From Oscillospiraceae bacterium (GTDB lineage Bacteria; Bacillota; Clostridia; Oscillospirales; Oscillospiraceae): DNA of 64,000 bases. This document shows positions 16,372-24,602 of this stretch, in pieces. The notes under the pieces were generated by a model. It saw nothing but the letters and a program-made list of their open reading frames with translations. It was not told the origin of the DNA and ran no database searches. The DNA is taken from contig CACYLY010000007.1 in assembly GCA_902775355.1 (NCBI GenBank), positions 48-64,047 of the forward strand, read 5' to 3'. Within the stretch, counting starts at the first letter, position 1. Every line of letters starts with the position of its first letter. The translations under genes were made by a program, and so were the position numbers.

Positions 16372-17372
16372 GCCGTCACGACCTTTCGGATCTCTCTCAC
16401 CTTGGCGGCCAGCTTCTCATACTCCTCCGGCCGCAGGGCCTGGGCCCCGTCGCACAGCGCGTTCAGCGGATCGTTGTGCACCTCCACCATCACGCCGTCG
16501 GCCCCGGCGGCCACAGCGGCCAGGGCCATGGGCGGCACCAGTCTCGCAAGGCCCGTGGCGTGGCTGGGATCCACGATCACCGGCAGATGGCTCAGCTCGT
16601 GCAGCATGGGCACGGCGGAGAGGTCCAGGGTATTGCGGGTATAGTCCGCAAAGCTCCGGATGCCCCGCTCGCAGAGGATCACCTGCTCGTTGCCGCCGGA
16701 CATGACGTATTCCGCGCTCATCAGCAGCTCCCGCAGGGTATTGGCCAGGCCCCGCTTCAGGAGAACAGGCTTGTCGCAATGGCCCAGCTCCCGCAGCAGG
16801 TCAAAGTTCTGCATGTTCCGGGCGCCCACCTGGATCACGTCCACATCGGCGAAGAGCTCCAGATCCCGGATATCCATCAGCTCGGTAACAAAGGGCAGCC
16901 CCGTCTCCGCCCGGGCGACGCGCAGCAGCTCCAGCCCTTCCGCCTTCAGCCCGGAAAAATCATAGGGCGAGGTGCGGGGCTTGAAGGCGCCGCCCCGCAG
17001 CAGATCCGCGCCGGCGGCCTTCACCGCCTTCGCCACGCCGACGATCTGCTCCTCCGTCTCCACGGAGCAGGGGCCGGCGATCATGGCAAAGTGCCCGCCG
17101 CCCACCGGAACGCCTCCGGCGGAGACCACCAGGTCCTCCGGATGGAACTTCCGGTTGCAGCACTTGAAGGGCTCTGTCACCCGGCTGACCTTGTCCACGA
17201 TCTCCAGGCTGCCCACCAGGTCCATATCCACATGGGCGGCGTCTCCGATGAGCCCCAGCACGGTCTGGAACTGCCCGTCGGACACATGCACCTGCAGGCC
17301 CTGGCGCTCCAGCCACTGGATCAGCCCCTCTTTTTTCTCCCGGGCCACGCCCGGCTTCAACACAACGATCAT
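16368..17372 (-). CDS. aroF: 3-deoxy-7-phosphoheptulonate (DAHP) synthase, type I-beta with N-terminal ferredoxin-like regulatory domain
   Basis: N-terminal MIVVLKPG..., IAGPCSVE, GAFKPRTSPY, VIVDPSHA. Confidence 0.88.
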   Translation of the reverse strand: MIVVLKPGVAREKKEGLIQWLERQGLQVHVSDGQFQTVLGLIGDAAHVDMDLVGSLEIVDKVSRVTEPFKCCNRKFHPEDLVVSAGGVPVGGGHFAMIAGPCSVETEEQIVGVAKAVKAAGADLLRGGAFKPRTSPYDFSGLKAEGLELLRVARAETGLPFVTELMDIRDLELFADVDVIQVGARNMQNFDLLRELGHCDKPVLLKRGLANTLRELLMSAEYVMSGGNEQVILCERGIRSFADYTRNTLDLSAVPMLHELSHLPVIVDPSHATGLARLVPPMALAAVAAGADGVMVEVHNDPLNALCDGAQALRPEEYEKLAAKVREIRKVVTA

Positions 17373-17393
17373 CGCATTATCCTCTTATTCCGA

Positions 17394-17424
17394 CAAAAAA
17401 TCCGCCCAGGATGCACCTGTGCGG
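17394..17424 (-). terminator. intrinsic terminator in the aroF leader (attenuator)
   Basis: Minus strand CCGCACAGG-tgcat-CCTGGGCGG followed by ATTTTTTG, 20 nt upstream of the aroF RBS AGAGG. Confidence 0.65.
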
Positions 17425-17461
17425 AAACAGCATGTTTATGAGCCCTTTTCTGCGCCACAAA

Positions 17462-17521
17462 TCAGCCCTTCCGCACGCGAACAGGAAGAGCATAGCAATA
17501 CTCGTACGCAAAAAGGTCCAT
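17462..17521 (-). CDS. candidate 19-aa leader peptide MDLFAYEYCYALPVRVRKG
   Basis: AGGAG, 8 nt, ATG (17521), stop TGA 17464-17462. Codons 4, 6, 8 and 10 are F/Y/Y/Y. Lies between the promoter and the leader terminator of an aromatic amino acid operon. Confidence 0.55.
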   Translation of the reverse strand: MDLFAYEYCYALPVRVRKG

Positions 17522-17559
17522 GTTTTCTTCTCCTTGTCTCTTTCTCTGGAGATACTCAT

Positions 17560-17588
17560 ACTATAGACGGAACCCGGGCCAAAGTCAA
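17560..17588 (-). promoter_or_regulatory. sigma-A type promoter of the aromatic operon
   Basis: Minus strand TTGACT (17588-17583), 17-nt spacer, TATAGT (17565-17560). Confidence 0.55.
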
Positions 17589-17637
17589 GACGCGATTTCG
17601 ACAAAAAACGGCAGGATCCGCGGGAAAAAGTCCACGA

Positions 17638-18345
17638 TTATTCCATTTTCAGCCGCAGCGCGTCCACCGCCCGGCGCTCCAGCCGGGAGACCTGCACCTG
17701 GGAGACGCCCAGCACCCTGGCGCAGTTCTGCTGGGTCAGCCCGTGGTAATAGCGCAGGCCGATGACCTTCCGCTCCCGCTCCGGCAGCTGCTCCACCAGG
17801 GCGCGCAGACTCACCCGCTCCAGCATCCGCTCCTCCGCCTCGAAGTCCCCCAGTACCAGCTCCAGGTTGAAGCCGTCCTCCCCGCAGGGGCTGTGGATGC
17901 TCTCGGCGGGGCCGGTGGCCAACTGAGCGAAGGCGATCTCCTCCCCGGAATAGCCCGTTGCCTCCGCAAGCTCCGACACGCTGGGCTCCCGGCCCAGCCG
18001 CTGCTCCAGAGCGAGCCTTGCCTGGTGGATCTTCGCCGCCTGCTCCTTCACGCCCCGGCTGACCTTCAGCATCCCGTCGTCCCGGAGAAAGCGCCGGATC
18101 TCCCCGGCGATCTTGGGCACGGCGTAGGTGGAAAAGCGGGTGCCGAATTCCTCGTCGAAGCCCTCGATGGCCTTGAGAAAGCCCAGGCAGCCCAGCTGAT
18201 ACAGGTCCTCCGCCTCCGCTCCCCGTCCGAAATAGCGCCGGGCCACGCTCCAGATGAGGCCGCTGTTTTCCTCCAGCAGCCGCCCCGCCGCCTCCCGGTC
18301 CCCCTGCCGGGCGGCCTGGAGCTCAGACAGCGAGAGCTCCTTCAT
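17638..18345 (-). CDS. sigF: sporulation sigma factor F
   Basis: 235 aa. Regions 2-4 present (DLYQLGCLGFLKAIEGFD, FSTYAVPKIAGEIRRFLRDDG, GLTQQNCARVLGVSQVQVSRLERRA). Follows spoIIAA-spoIIAB. ATGA overlap with the spoIIAB stop. Confidence 0.85.
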   Translation of the reverse strand: MKELSLSELQAARQGDREAAGRLLEENSGLIWSVARRYFGRGAEAEDLYQLGCLGFLKAIEGFDEEFGTRFSTYAVPKIAGEIRRFLRDDGMLKVSRGVKEQAAKIHQARLALEQRLGREPSVSELAEATGYSGEEIAFAQLATGPAESIHSPCGEDGFNLELVLGDFEAEERMLERVSLRALVEQLPERERKVIGLRYYHGLTQQNCARVLGVSQVQVSRLERRAVDALRLKME

Positions 18346-18782
18346 GTTCGTCTCGCGCGGGAGCGGATCTGCCGCTGCATGATGACGGCGGTGCCCCGCC
18401 CCGGCCGGGAGCGGACCCGGAGCTTGTCCGTGAAGCTCTCCATGATGGTGAAGCCCATGCCGCCCCGTTCCTCGCCGCCGGTGGTGAAGAGGGGCTCCCG
18501 GGCCTTCTCCACGTCCTCGATGCCCTTGCCCCAGTCCTGCACCGCGATCTCCAGGAGCCCGCCCTCCAGGAAGCGCATTTTCAGTCGGATCCGGCCCACG
18601 CTCTCCGGATAGGCGTGGACGATGCAGTTGGTCACCGCCTCGGACACCGCGGTCTTCACATCCTCCAGCTCCTCCAGGGTAGGGTCCAGCTGGGCCGCGA
18701 AGGCGGCCGCCGCCACCCGGGCAAAGGCCTCGTTGCTGCTTCTGCTGGGAAACTCCAGCCGACATTCATTCGTGACTTGCAT
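18342..18782 (-). CDS. spoIIAB: anti-sigma F factor (serine kinase) SpoIIAB
   Basis: EAVTNCIVHAY (N-box) and GGMGFTIM (G-box) HATPase motifs; operon context. Confidence 0.88.
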   Translation of the reverse strand: MQVTNECRLEFPSRSSNEAFARVAAAAFAAQLDPTLEELEDVKTAVSEAVTNCIVHAYPESVGRIRLKMRFLEGGLLEIAVQDWGKGIEDVEKAREPLFTTGGEERGGMGFTIMESFTDKLRVRSRPGRGTAVIMQRQIRSRARRT

Positions 18783-18794
18783 ATGTATCCCTCC

Positions 18795-19112
18795 TCAAAT
18801 ACTGCCGGCCGCCACAGGGATCAGCCGGTCGATGCCCGAAGCGTCGATGACCCGCTTGGGCTGGCGGGCCGGGTTTTCGATCCACATGCGCCCGCCGGTT
18901 GCCTTCATGCGGCGGCTCAGTCGGATCATCAGGGCGATGCCGGAGGAATCCATGAACTTCAGCTCGCTCAGGTCCAGCACCAGGTCCCGGGGCAGATAGG
19001 CGTCCAGCAGCTCGTCCAGCCTGCGCATGGCGCTGCGGGCCTCGTGCTGATCCAGCTCGCCGCTGAGATAGGCGGTCAGGCGGCCGCCGGCAAATTCGGA
19101 TTGGATATTCAT
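18795..19112 (-). CDS. spoIIAA: anti-sigma F factor antagonist SpoIIAA (STAS domain)
   Basis: LDLSELKFMDSSGIALM contains the phosphorylatable Ser motif. ATG at 19112 preferred (AGGAGG 7 nt upstream). Confidence 0.85.
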   Translation of the reverse strand: MNIQSEFAGGRLTAYLSGELDQHEARSAMRRLDELLDAYLPRDLVLDLSELKFMDSSGIALMIRLSRRMKATGGRMWIENPARQPKRVIDASGIDRLIPVAAGSI

Positions 19113-19133
19113 GCTCCCGCCTCCTTCATACAT

Positions 19134-19165
19134 AATAACGCCGCATCCTTCGATGCGGCGTTATT
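19134..19165. other. perfect 14-bp hairpin immediately upstream of the spoIIAA RBS
   Basis: AATAACGCCGCATC-cttc-GATGCGGCGTTATT. No adjacent U-tract on either strand. Confidence 0.8.
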
Positions 19166-19191
19166 GTATCAAGTTTTGGGCGCGAATCCTG

Positions 19192-19899
19192 TCAATTCCC
19201 GGCTTTTCTCAGCCAAATCACAGACCCCTCCGCCAGCTGCAGGCCCAGCTTTCGCTGCAGGGCCAGGGAGGCGGTGTTATCGACAAACACCTGGCAGTAG
19301 GGCCGGTTCCCTGCCTGCAGCTCCCTCTCGATCAGAAAGCTCTCCAGGGTCGAGGCGATCCCCTGCCGGCGGTATTCCGGCAGCACCTCCAGCAGGCCCA
19401 TGGAGCCCTCTGCGTGCTTGCCGATGAAGCCCGCCAGCCGTCCCTCCCGGACGAGGCCGAAGAGGGCACGGCGCTCCAGGAGCCAGGCCAGATACTCGCT
19501 GTCCTCCTTGCGATAGTTTGCCAGCAGGAAATCCAGATGCTCCTCCGTCAGCAGCCGGATATCCGCGCTCTCGAAGGCCGGGGGCCGCTCCCCGGGATAC
19601 ACCGCCTGGCGGCAGCGCATCCAGGGCTCCATCCCCAGGGCTTCACAGAGCGCCCGCTCCTGCCCGGCCTGGTGGATGGCCAGCAGCGGGAAGTCCTGCC
19701 CCTTCAGAAGGCACAGGGCCGTGTCCGCATCGGCGCAGGACAGCATCCCGCAGTAGCCCTCGTCCACGGAGAGGAGGACGCCCCTCTCGTCGGCGGCGGC
19801 CACGAAGCCCAGGCCCCGGCGCAGCGCCTCCGTCATGTCCGTGTGCAGATGCGCGTCCCTGCTCAGCCATGCCAGGGCCCGTTCCTCGGCCGGGCTCAT
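19192..19899 (-). CDS. GNAT-family N-acetyltransferase (two-domain, 235 aa)
   Basis: C-terminal acetyl-CoA motif [23 protein letters not shown] overlap with the valS stop. Confidence 0.7.
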   Translation of the reverse strand: MSPAEERALAWLSRDAHLHTDMTEALRRGLGFVAAADERGVLLSVDEGYCGMLSCADADTALCLLKGQDFPLLAIHQAGQERALCEALGMEPWMRCRQAVYPGERPPAFESADIRLLTEEHLDFLLANYRKEDSEYLAWLLERRALFGLVREGRLAGFIGKHAEGSMGLLEVLPEYRRQGIASTLESFLIERELQAGNRPYCQVFVDNTASLALQRKLGLQLAEGSVIWLRKAGN

Positions 19900-22520
19900 T
19901 TGCCCAGGTTCTCCAGGCTCAGCTTCAGGTTTTCGATCAGGGCCTCCAGCTTGGTCTTCTTCTCCCGCTCCGCGTTGACCACGGCCTCGGGGGCGCGGGT
20001 GACGAAGTTCTGGTTGGAGAGCTTGCCGATCTGGGCCTGCAGCATCTTCCGGGCGTTGGCCAGCTCCTTCTCGATGCGGGCCCTCTCCTTCTCCAGATCC
20101 ACCAGCTCCGCCATGGGCATGAACATGCGGGCGTTGTCGGTGACCACGGAGACCATGCCAGCCGTGCTCTCGGGGGCGGCGTCCAGCACCGTGACCTCGC
20201 TGGCGTAGGCCAGCTTGCAGATATAGTCCCTGCCGGCCTCGAAGGCGGCCTTCTTGTCGGTGGCGATCAGCAGATGGGCCTTGCGGGAGGGTGGCACGTT
20301 CATGTCGCTGCGGCGGGCGCGGACGGCCTTGATGGCGTTCATCACCATTTCAAAGCTCTGCTCGTCCTCGGGGAAGGAGAGTTCCGCCTTGTATTCGGGG
20401 TAGCGCGCCACCATCAGGGCCTCGCCCTCGTGGGGCAGGGCCTGCCAGATCTCCTCGGAGATGAAGGGCATGAAGGGGTGCACCAGCTTCAGGATCTCGG
20501 TGAGCACGTAGAGCAGCACCTTCTGGGCGCCGATCCTGGATTCCTCGTCTTCTCCGTTGAGCCGGGGCTTGGTCAGCTCGATATACCAGTCGCAGAAGCT
20601 GTCCCAGATGAAGTCGTAGATCTTGCCCGCGGCCACGCCCAGCTCAAAGCTGTCCATGTTCTCGCAGACCTCTTTGACGGTGTCGTTGAGCTTGGAGAGG
20701 ATCCACTTGTCCTCTATCTCCAGCTTTGCGGGCAGCTCGTTCTTGTCGATGGTCAGGTACATCATCACGAAGCGGCTGGCGTTCCAGAGCTTGTTGCAGA
20801 AGTTGCGCATGGCCTCGCACTTCTCCACGTAGAAGCGCATGTCGTTACCGGGGCTGTTGCCGGTGACCAGGTTGAAGCGCAGAGCGTCGGCCCCGTACTT
20901 GTCCACGATCTCCAGGGGGTCGATGCCGTTGCCGAGAGACTTGGACATCTTGCGGCCCAGGCTGTCCCGGATCAGGCCGTGAATGAACACGGTGTGGAAG
21001 GGCTCCTTGTCCAGCTGCTCCATGGCGGAGAAGATCATCCGGGCCACCCAGAAGAAGATGATGTCGTAGCCGGTGACCATCACCGTAGTGGGATACCAGT
21101 AGTCCAGCTCCGGGGTCTTTTCCGGCCAGCCCATGGTGGAGAAGGGCCAGAGAGCGCTGGAGAACCAGGTGTCCAGCACGTCCTCCTCCCGGCGAATGCG
21201 CTCGCTGCCGCATTTCTCGCACTTGCAGGGATCCTGGCGGGAGACGGTGACATGGCCGCAGTCCTCGCAGGTCCAGGCGGGGATCTGGTGGCCCCACCAG
21301 AGCTGACGGGAGATGCACCAATCGTGCACGTTCTCCATCCAGTTCATATAGGTCTTGGAGAAGCGCTCGGGCACGAACTTGATGCGCCCGTCCTTCACCA
21401 CCTCGATGGCCTTCCTGGCCAGGGGCGCCATCTTCACGAACCACTGGGGGCTGGTGAGAGGCTCCACCACGGTGCCGCAGCGGTAGCAGCAGCCCACGTT
21501 GTGGCTGTAGGGCTCGGTCTTCACCAGATAGCCCTGCTCCTCCAAGTCGGCCACGATGGCCTTGCGGGCTTCGTAGCGGTCCATGCCGTCGTACTTGTAG
21601 CCGCCGCAGATCTTCGCGTCCTCGTCGATGACCTGGATCTGCTCCAGGTTGTGGCGCAGGCCCACCTCGAAGTCGTTGGGGTCGTGGCAGGGGGTCATCT
21701 TCACGGCGCCGGTGCCGAAGCCCAGCTCCACGTATTCGTCCGCCACGATGGGCAGCTTCCGTCCCACCAGGGGCAGGATGGCGTTCTTGCCCACCAGGTG
21801 GGCGTAGCGCTCGTCCTCCGGGTGCACGGCCACGCCGGAGTCGCCCAGCATGGTCTCTGGCCGGGTGGTGGCGATGGTCAAAAACTCCTCAGAGTCCTCG
21901 ATGGGATAGCGGATATGCCAGAAGTGGCCCGGGATGTCCTTGTATTCCACCTCGGCGTCACTGAGGGCGGTGCGGCAGTGGGGGCACCAGTTGATGATGC
22001 GCCGGCCCTTGTAGATGAGGCCCTTCTCGTACAGGTCGCAGAAGGTCTCGCGGACGGCCTTGGCGCAGGTCTCGTCCATGGTGAAGCGGCTGCGGTCCCA
22101 GTCGCAGGAGACACCCATGCTCTTCTGCTGCTCCACGATCCGATCGCCGTACTGCTCCTTCCAGGCCCAGACCCGCTCCAGGAACTTGTCCCGGCCCAGG
22201 TCGTAGCGGGTCTTGCCCTCTTCCTTGCGCAGGGTCTCCTCCACCTTGATCTGGGTGGCGATGCCCGCGTGGTCCACACCGGGGAGCCACAGGGCGGCAT
22301 AGCCCTGCATGCGCTTATAGCGGGTGATGATGTCCTGCAGGGCGGAGTCCATGGCGTGGCCCATGTGCAGCTGCCCCGTCACGTTGGGGGGCGGCATCAC
22401 GATGGAGAAGGGCTTCTTCCCGGGGGCGATGACGCCCTTGAACCAGCCGCCCTGCATCCAGAAGTCGTAGATCTTCTTTTCCACCTTCTGGGGTTCATAC
22501 ACTTTCGGTAGTTCTTTCAT
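19896..22520 (-). CDS. valS: valyl-tRNA synthetase
   Basis: [14 protein letters not shown] (HIGH), KMSKSLGN (KMSKS), C-terminal coiled coil. ATG at 22520 preferred (GGAGGA upstream); the track start 22532 is a TTG. Confidence 0.92.
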   Translation of the reverse strand: MKELPKVYEPQKVEKKIYDFWMQGGWFKGVIAPGKKPFSIVMPPPNVTGQLHMGHAMDSALQDIITRYKRMQGYAALWLPGVDHAGIATQIKVEETLRKEEGKTRYDLGRDKFLERVWAWKEQYGDRIVEQQKSMGVSCDWDRSRFTMDETCAKAVRETFCDLYEKGLIYKGRRIINWCPHCRTALSDAEVEYKDIPGHFWHIRYPIEDSEEFLTIATTRPETMLGDSGVAVHPEDERYAHLVGKNAILPLVGRKLPIVADEYVELGFGTGAVKMTPCHDPNDFEVGLRHNLEQIQVIDEDAKICGGYKYDGMDRYEARKAIVADLEEQGYLVKTEPYSHNVGCCYRCGTVVEPLTSPQWFVKMAPLARKAIEVVKDGRIKFVPERFSKTYMNWMENVHDWCISRQLWWGHQIPAWTCEDCGHVTVSRQDPCKCEKCGSERIRREEDVLDTWFSSALWPFSTMGWPEKTPELDYWYPTTVMVTGYDIIFFWVARMIFSAMEQLDKEPFHTVFIHGLIRDSLGRKMSKSLGNGIDPLEIVDKYGADALRFNLVTGNSPGNDMRFYVEKCEAMRNFCNKLWNASRFVMMYLTIDKNELPAKLEIEDKWILSKLNDTVKEVCENMDSFELGVAAGKIYDFIWDSFCDWYIELTKPRLNGEDEESRIGAQKVLLYVLTEILKLVHPFMPFISEEIWQALPHEGEALMVARYPEYKAELSFPEDEQSFEMVMNAIKAVRARRSDMNVPPSRKAHLLIATDKKAAFEAGRDYICKLAYASEVTVLDAAPESTAGMVSVVTDNARMFMPMAELVDLEKERARIEKELANARKMLQAQIGKLSNQNFVTRAPEAVVNAEREKKTKLEALIENLKLSLENLGK

Positions 22521-22538
22521 ATTGTCCTCCAAATATTC

Positions 22539-23057
22539 TCACTTGATTTCTTTGATTTCCAGCCCCGTTTTTTCGGTCAGAAAAGGGCCGAAGGCGGCGG
22601 GGTCGCCCTGGGTAAAGCAGCGCTCGGGAAGGATCATGGCTCTGCGCTTTTGCGTGTATAGATAATAGGCGTTTTTCTCATGGTAGAGCTCAATGAACAC
22701 ATTGTACTGTATTTCTTCCCGAATGTTTTTCGACTCGGTCCGAACCAGGTCCTCCTCAAAGGACAGGGTCACCGGGCCTGCCTCCTTCTGCATTTTCCAG
22801 GCTCCTGTCAATTTGGCGCGGTTCAGCAGCGCCCACGCTGCGAGCAAGGCCACTACCAGCAACCAGCGCACAAGGATCTCTCCGCTCCAGGCGCGGAGAA
22901 CGGCAAGCCGGATGCCCAGATAGATCATAACGCCAAGGAGCAGTACGATCGAGGCATTCATGATCGCGTACAGCAGCCGATAACGCAGGCGGCGGTGGAA
23001 GGAATAGAATTGCACGAAGTCCTTTCGCTCATAATCCAGCACGATCTGAAAATGCAT
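22539..23057 (-). CDS. YcxB-like membrane protein (hypothetical), first gene after the Val T-box
   Basis: 172 aa. Two central TM helices followed by a soluble C-terminal domain. GAGGGGG RBS. Family call is from recollection only. Confidence 0.45.
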   Translation of the reverse strand: MHFQIVLDYERKDFVQFYSFHRRLRYRLLYAIMNASIVLLLGVMIYLGIRLAVLRAWSGEILVRWLLVVALLAAWALLNRAKLTGAWKMQKEAGPVTLSFEEDLVRTESKNIREEIQYNVFIELYHEKNAYYLYTQKRRAMILPERCFTQGDPAAFGPFLTEKTGLEIKEIK

Positions 23058-23076
23058 CTTGGTTCACCCCCTCATC

Positions 23077-23393
23077 AAAAAACGCCCCGAGACTTTCGTC
23101 TCAGGGCGATGCAATACCGCGGTACCACCTGAATTCCGCTTTTCTCTGTCATCCTGAGCGAGCGAAGCGAGCCGAAGGATCTTCCCGATCCGTCGCTTCC
23201 CTCCAAATGACAGCGCAGCGGCGCTCTTCCTGCCCTTAACGCGGGCCAGACGCCGGGACTACGCAGTTTCCCTTCCCCCCGGGCGCTCGGGATCGACCTT
23301 CCGCGTCGCTTCACAGGGACTTGCACCGACCGTCCCCTCTCTGCGATCCGCAATCCGCGTACTCCTATCCGTCACAGCGCACAAATATTCGAT
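23077..23393 (-). promoter_or_regulatory. T-box riboswitch leader, valine specifier GUC
   Basis: Minus strand: Stem I with AGGAGTA and AGAGAG. Specifier loop GAAG-GUC-G (codon at 23297-23295). T-box AGGTGGTACCGCGG (23130-23117). Terminator CGCCCTGAGAC-gaaa-GTCTCGGGGCG + TTTTTT (23108-23077). Confidence 0.85.
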
Positions 23394-23399
23394 GCCGAG

Positions 23400-23428
23400 A
23401 TTATACAATGTGCCGAATGAATTGTCAA
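23400..23428 (-). promoter_or_regulatory. consensus sigma-A promoter of the Val T-box operon
   Basis: Minus strand TTGACA (23428-23423), 17-nt spacer, TATAAT (23405-23400). Confidence 0.65.
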
Positions 23429-23432
23429 CAGC

Positions 23433-24590
23433 TCAGCGGAAAAATTCGAACATGTTCAGGTTGTTGTCCTCCAGGGCGCCGGGGTTGTAGAGGATCAGCA
23501 CCGCATCGGGCCGCGTCTCGTCGATATAGCCCAGCAAATCTCCGTCCCAGAGCCGCAGGTCCAGGTAATCCACCTGCGCATAGGCCAGGGAGAAGAAGGG
23601 CACCACCACCAGGGAGAAGGAGTCGTCCAGCACCAGGAGGCGTTTGCCGTTGCCGCCCTGCAGGTTTTCGATGAACAGATGATCGTACACGCTGCCGCAG
23701 TAGACGTCGTAGCTGTCGCTGTTCATCCAGTCCCGCTGCTCCAGCATTTCCGGGAAGAGCATGGTCTCGGCAAAGCTCCCCTCCCGCAGCAGATCCTCCG
23801 AGGGCACGGAGAAGCGGAGCCGGGTCTCGAATTTCGGCGTCAGCACGTCCAGATCGTCCGGAGCGATGTACCAGGTCCCCACCCGACGGCCGCAGCTGCC
23901 CACCAGCACCTTCTCATGGCGCTGGCAGTCATAGCTCTCCGGGTCGAAGACTGCCGGGTCGAAGGCGAAGGAGGGGTCCCGCTCCTGGAGCGCCGCCGCC
24001 GTTTCTCCCGCGGCCCAGAGGCCGGTCTCCGGCTTCCAGTGGTGGTCGCTGGGGAAAAAGCGGCTGTAGTGGTCCAGGCCCTCCGCCTTCTCCCGCTCCC
24101 GCAGATCCAGGCAGTCCACGCCCTTCTCCCGCAGGATGGCCAGGAAGCGGTCCGCGTTCTCGTTGGAATAGTCCTCCACCCCTGCGGGCAGCTGCTTGTC
24201 CGTCCCGTCGATCTTGAACAGGAGATTCACATAGAGGAAGGGGATGTCCCGCTCCTCCAGGGCCCGGGCCAGATCCGCGGTATTGCCCGCGATGCCGCTC
24301 ATGTCCAGCTCCGGGATGATGTAGGTCATCTGCCCGTTATCCAAGAGATAGCGCGCGTTGACCTCCCGCTTGCCCAGCAGCTTCTGGACGCCGCCGTTGA
24401 GAGTGACCCACTGTTCCTTGCCCGGCAGGAACTCGTCGAAGCGCTCCTCCGCCTGCTCCGCACCGTTCCCCCAGCGGAGGGCATAATACGTCTCACGCAG
24501 GAAGGGCTTCAGGCCCAGCGCGAAGAAAACCAGCAGAAAGAGCAGGAAGCACAGGGCAGTCAGATTTCGGAAAGAAAAGAATCTCTTCAT
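23433..24590 (-). CDS. DHHW-motif protein (AlgX/AlgJ/PatB-like extracytoplasmic O-acyltransferase partner)
   Basis: N-terminal TM anchor and the FFPSDHHWKPETG motif. Immediately downstream of an MBOAT gene. Confidence 0.65.
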   Translation of the reverse strand: MKRFFSFRNLTALCFLLFLLVFFALGLKPFLRETYYALRWGNGAEQAEERFDEFLPGKEQWVTLNGGVQKLLGKREVNARYLLDNGQMTYIIPELDMSGIAGNTADLARALEERDIPFLYVNLLFKIDGTDKQLPAGVEDYSNENADRFLAILREKGVDCLDLREREKAEGLDHYSRFFPSDHHWKPETGLWAAGETAAALQERDPSFAFDPAVFDPESYDCQRHEKVLVGSCGRRVGTWYIAPDDLDVLTPKFETRLRFSVPSEDLLREGSFAETMLFPEMLEQRDWMNSDSYDVYCGSVYDHLFIENLQGGNGKRLLVLDDSFSLVVVPFFSLAYAQVDYLDLRLWDGDLLGYIDETRPDAVLILYNPGALEDNNLNMFEFFR

Positions 24591-24602
24591 GTCCCCGCCC
24601 CC

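Noticed and set aside
17377-17604. 75-aa ORF in the aroF upstream region
   Set aside because: It starts upstream of the predicted promoter, lacks an RBS and runs through the terminator hairpin. The 19-codon ORF with AGGAG in another frame fits the regulatory architecture better.
19134-19165. Hairpin annotated as a simple rho-independent terminator of the valS-GNAT operon
   Set aside because: No U-tract follows the stem on either strand, so a canonical intrinsic terminator call is not supported. It is reported as a finding instead.
19518-22511. 997-aa plus-strand ORF opposite valS
   Set aside because: It is the antisense shadow of valS (HIGH and KMSKS motifs on the minus strand). The same reasoning rejects 10682-12361, 13362-14765, 14066-15676, 23679-25436, 29461-31185, 38579-39844 and 39935-41305.
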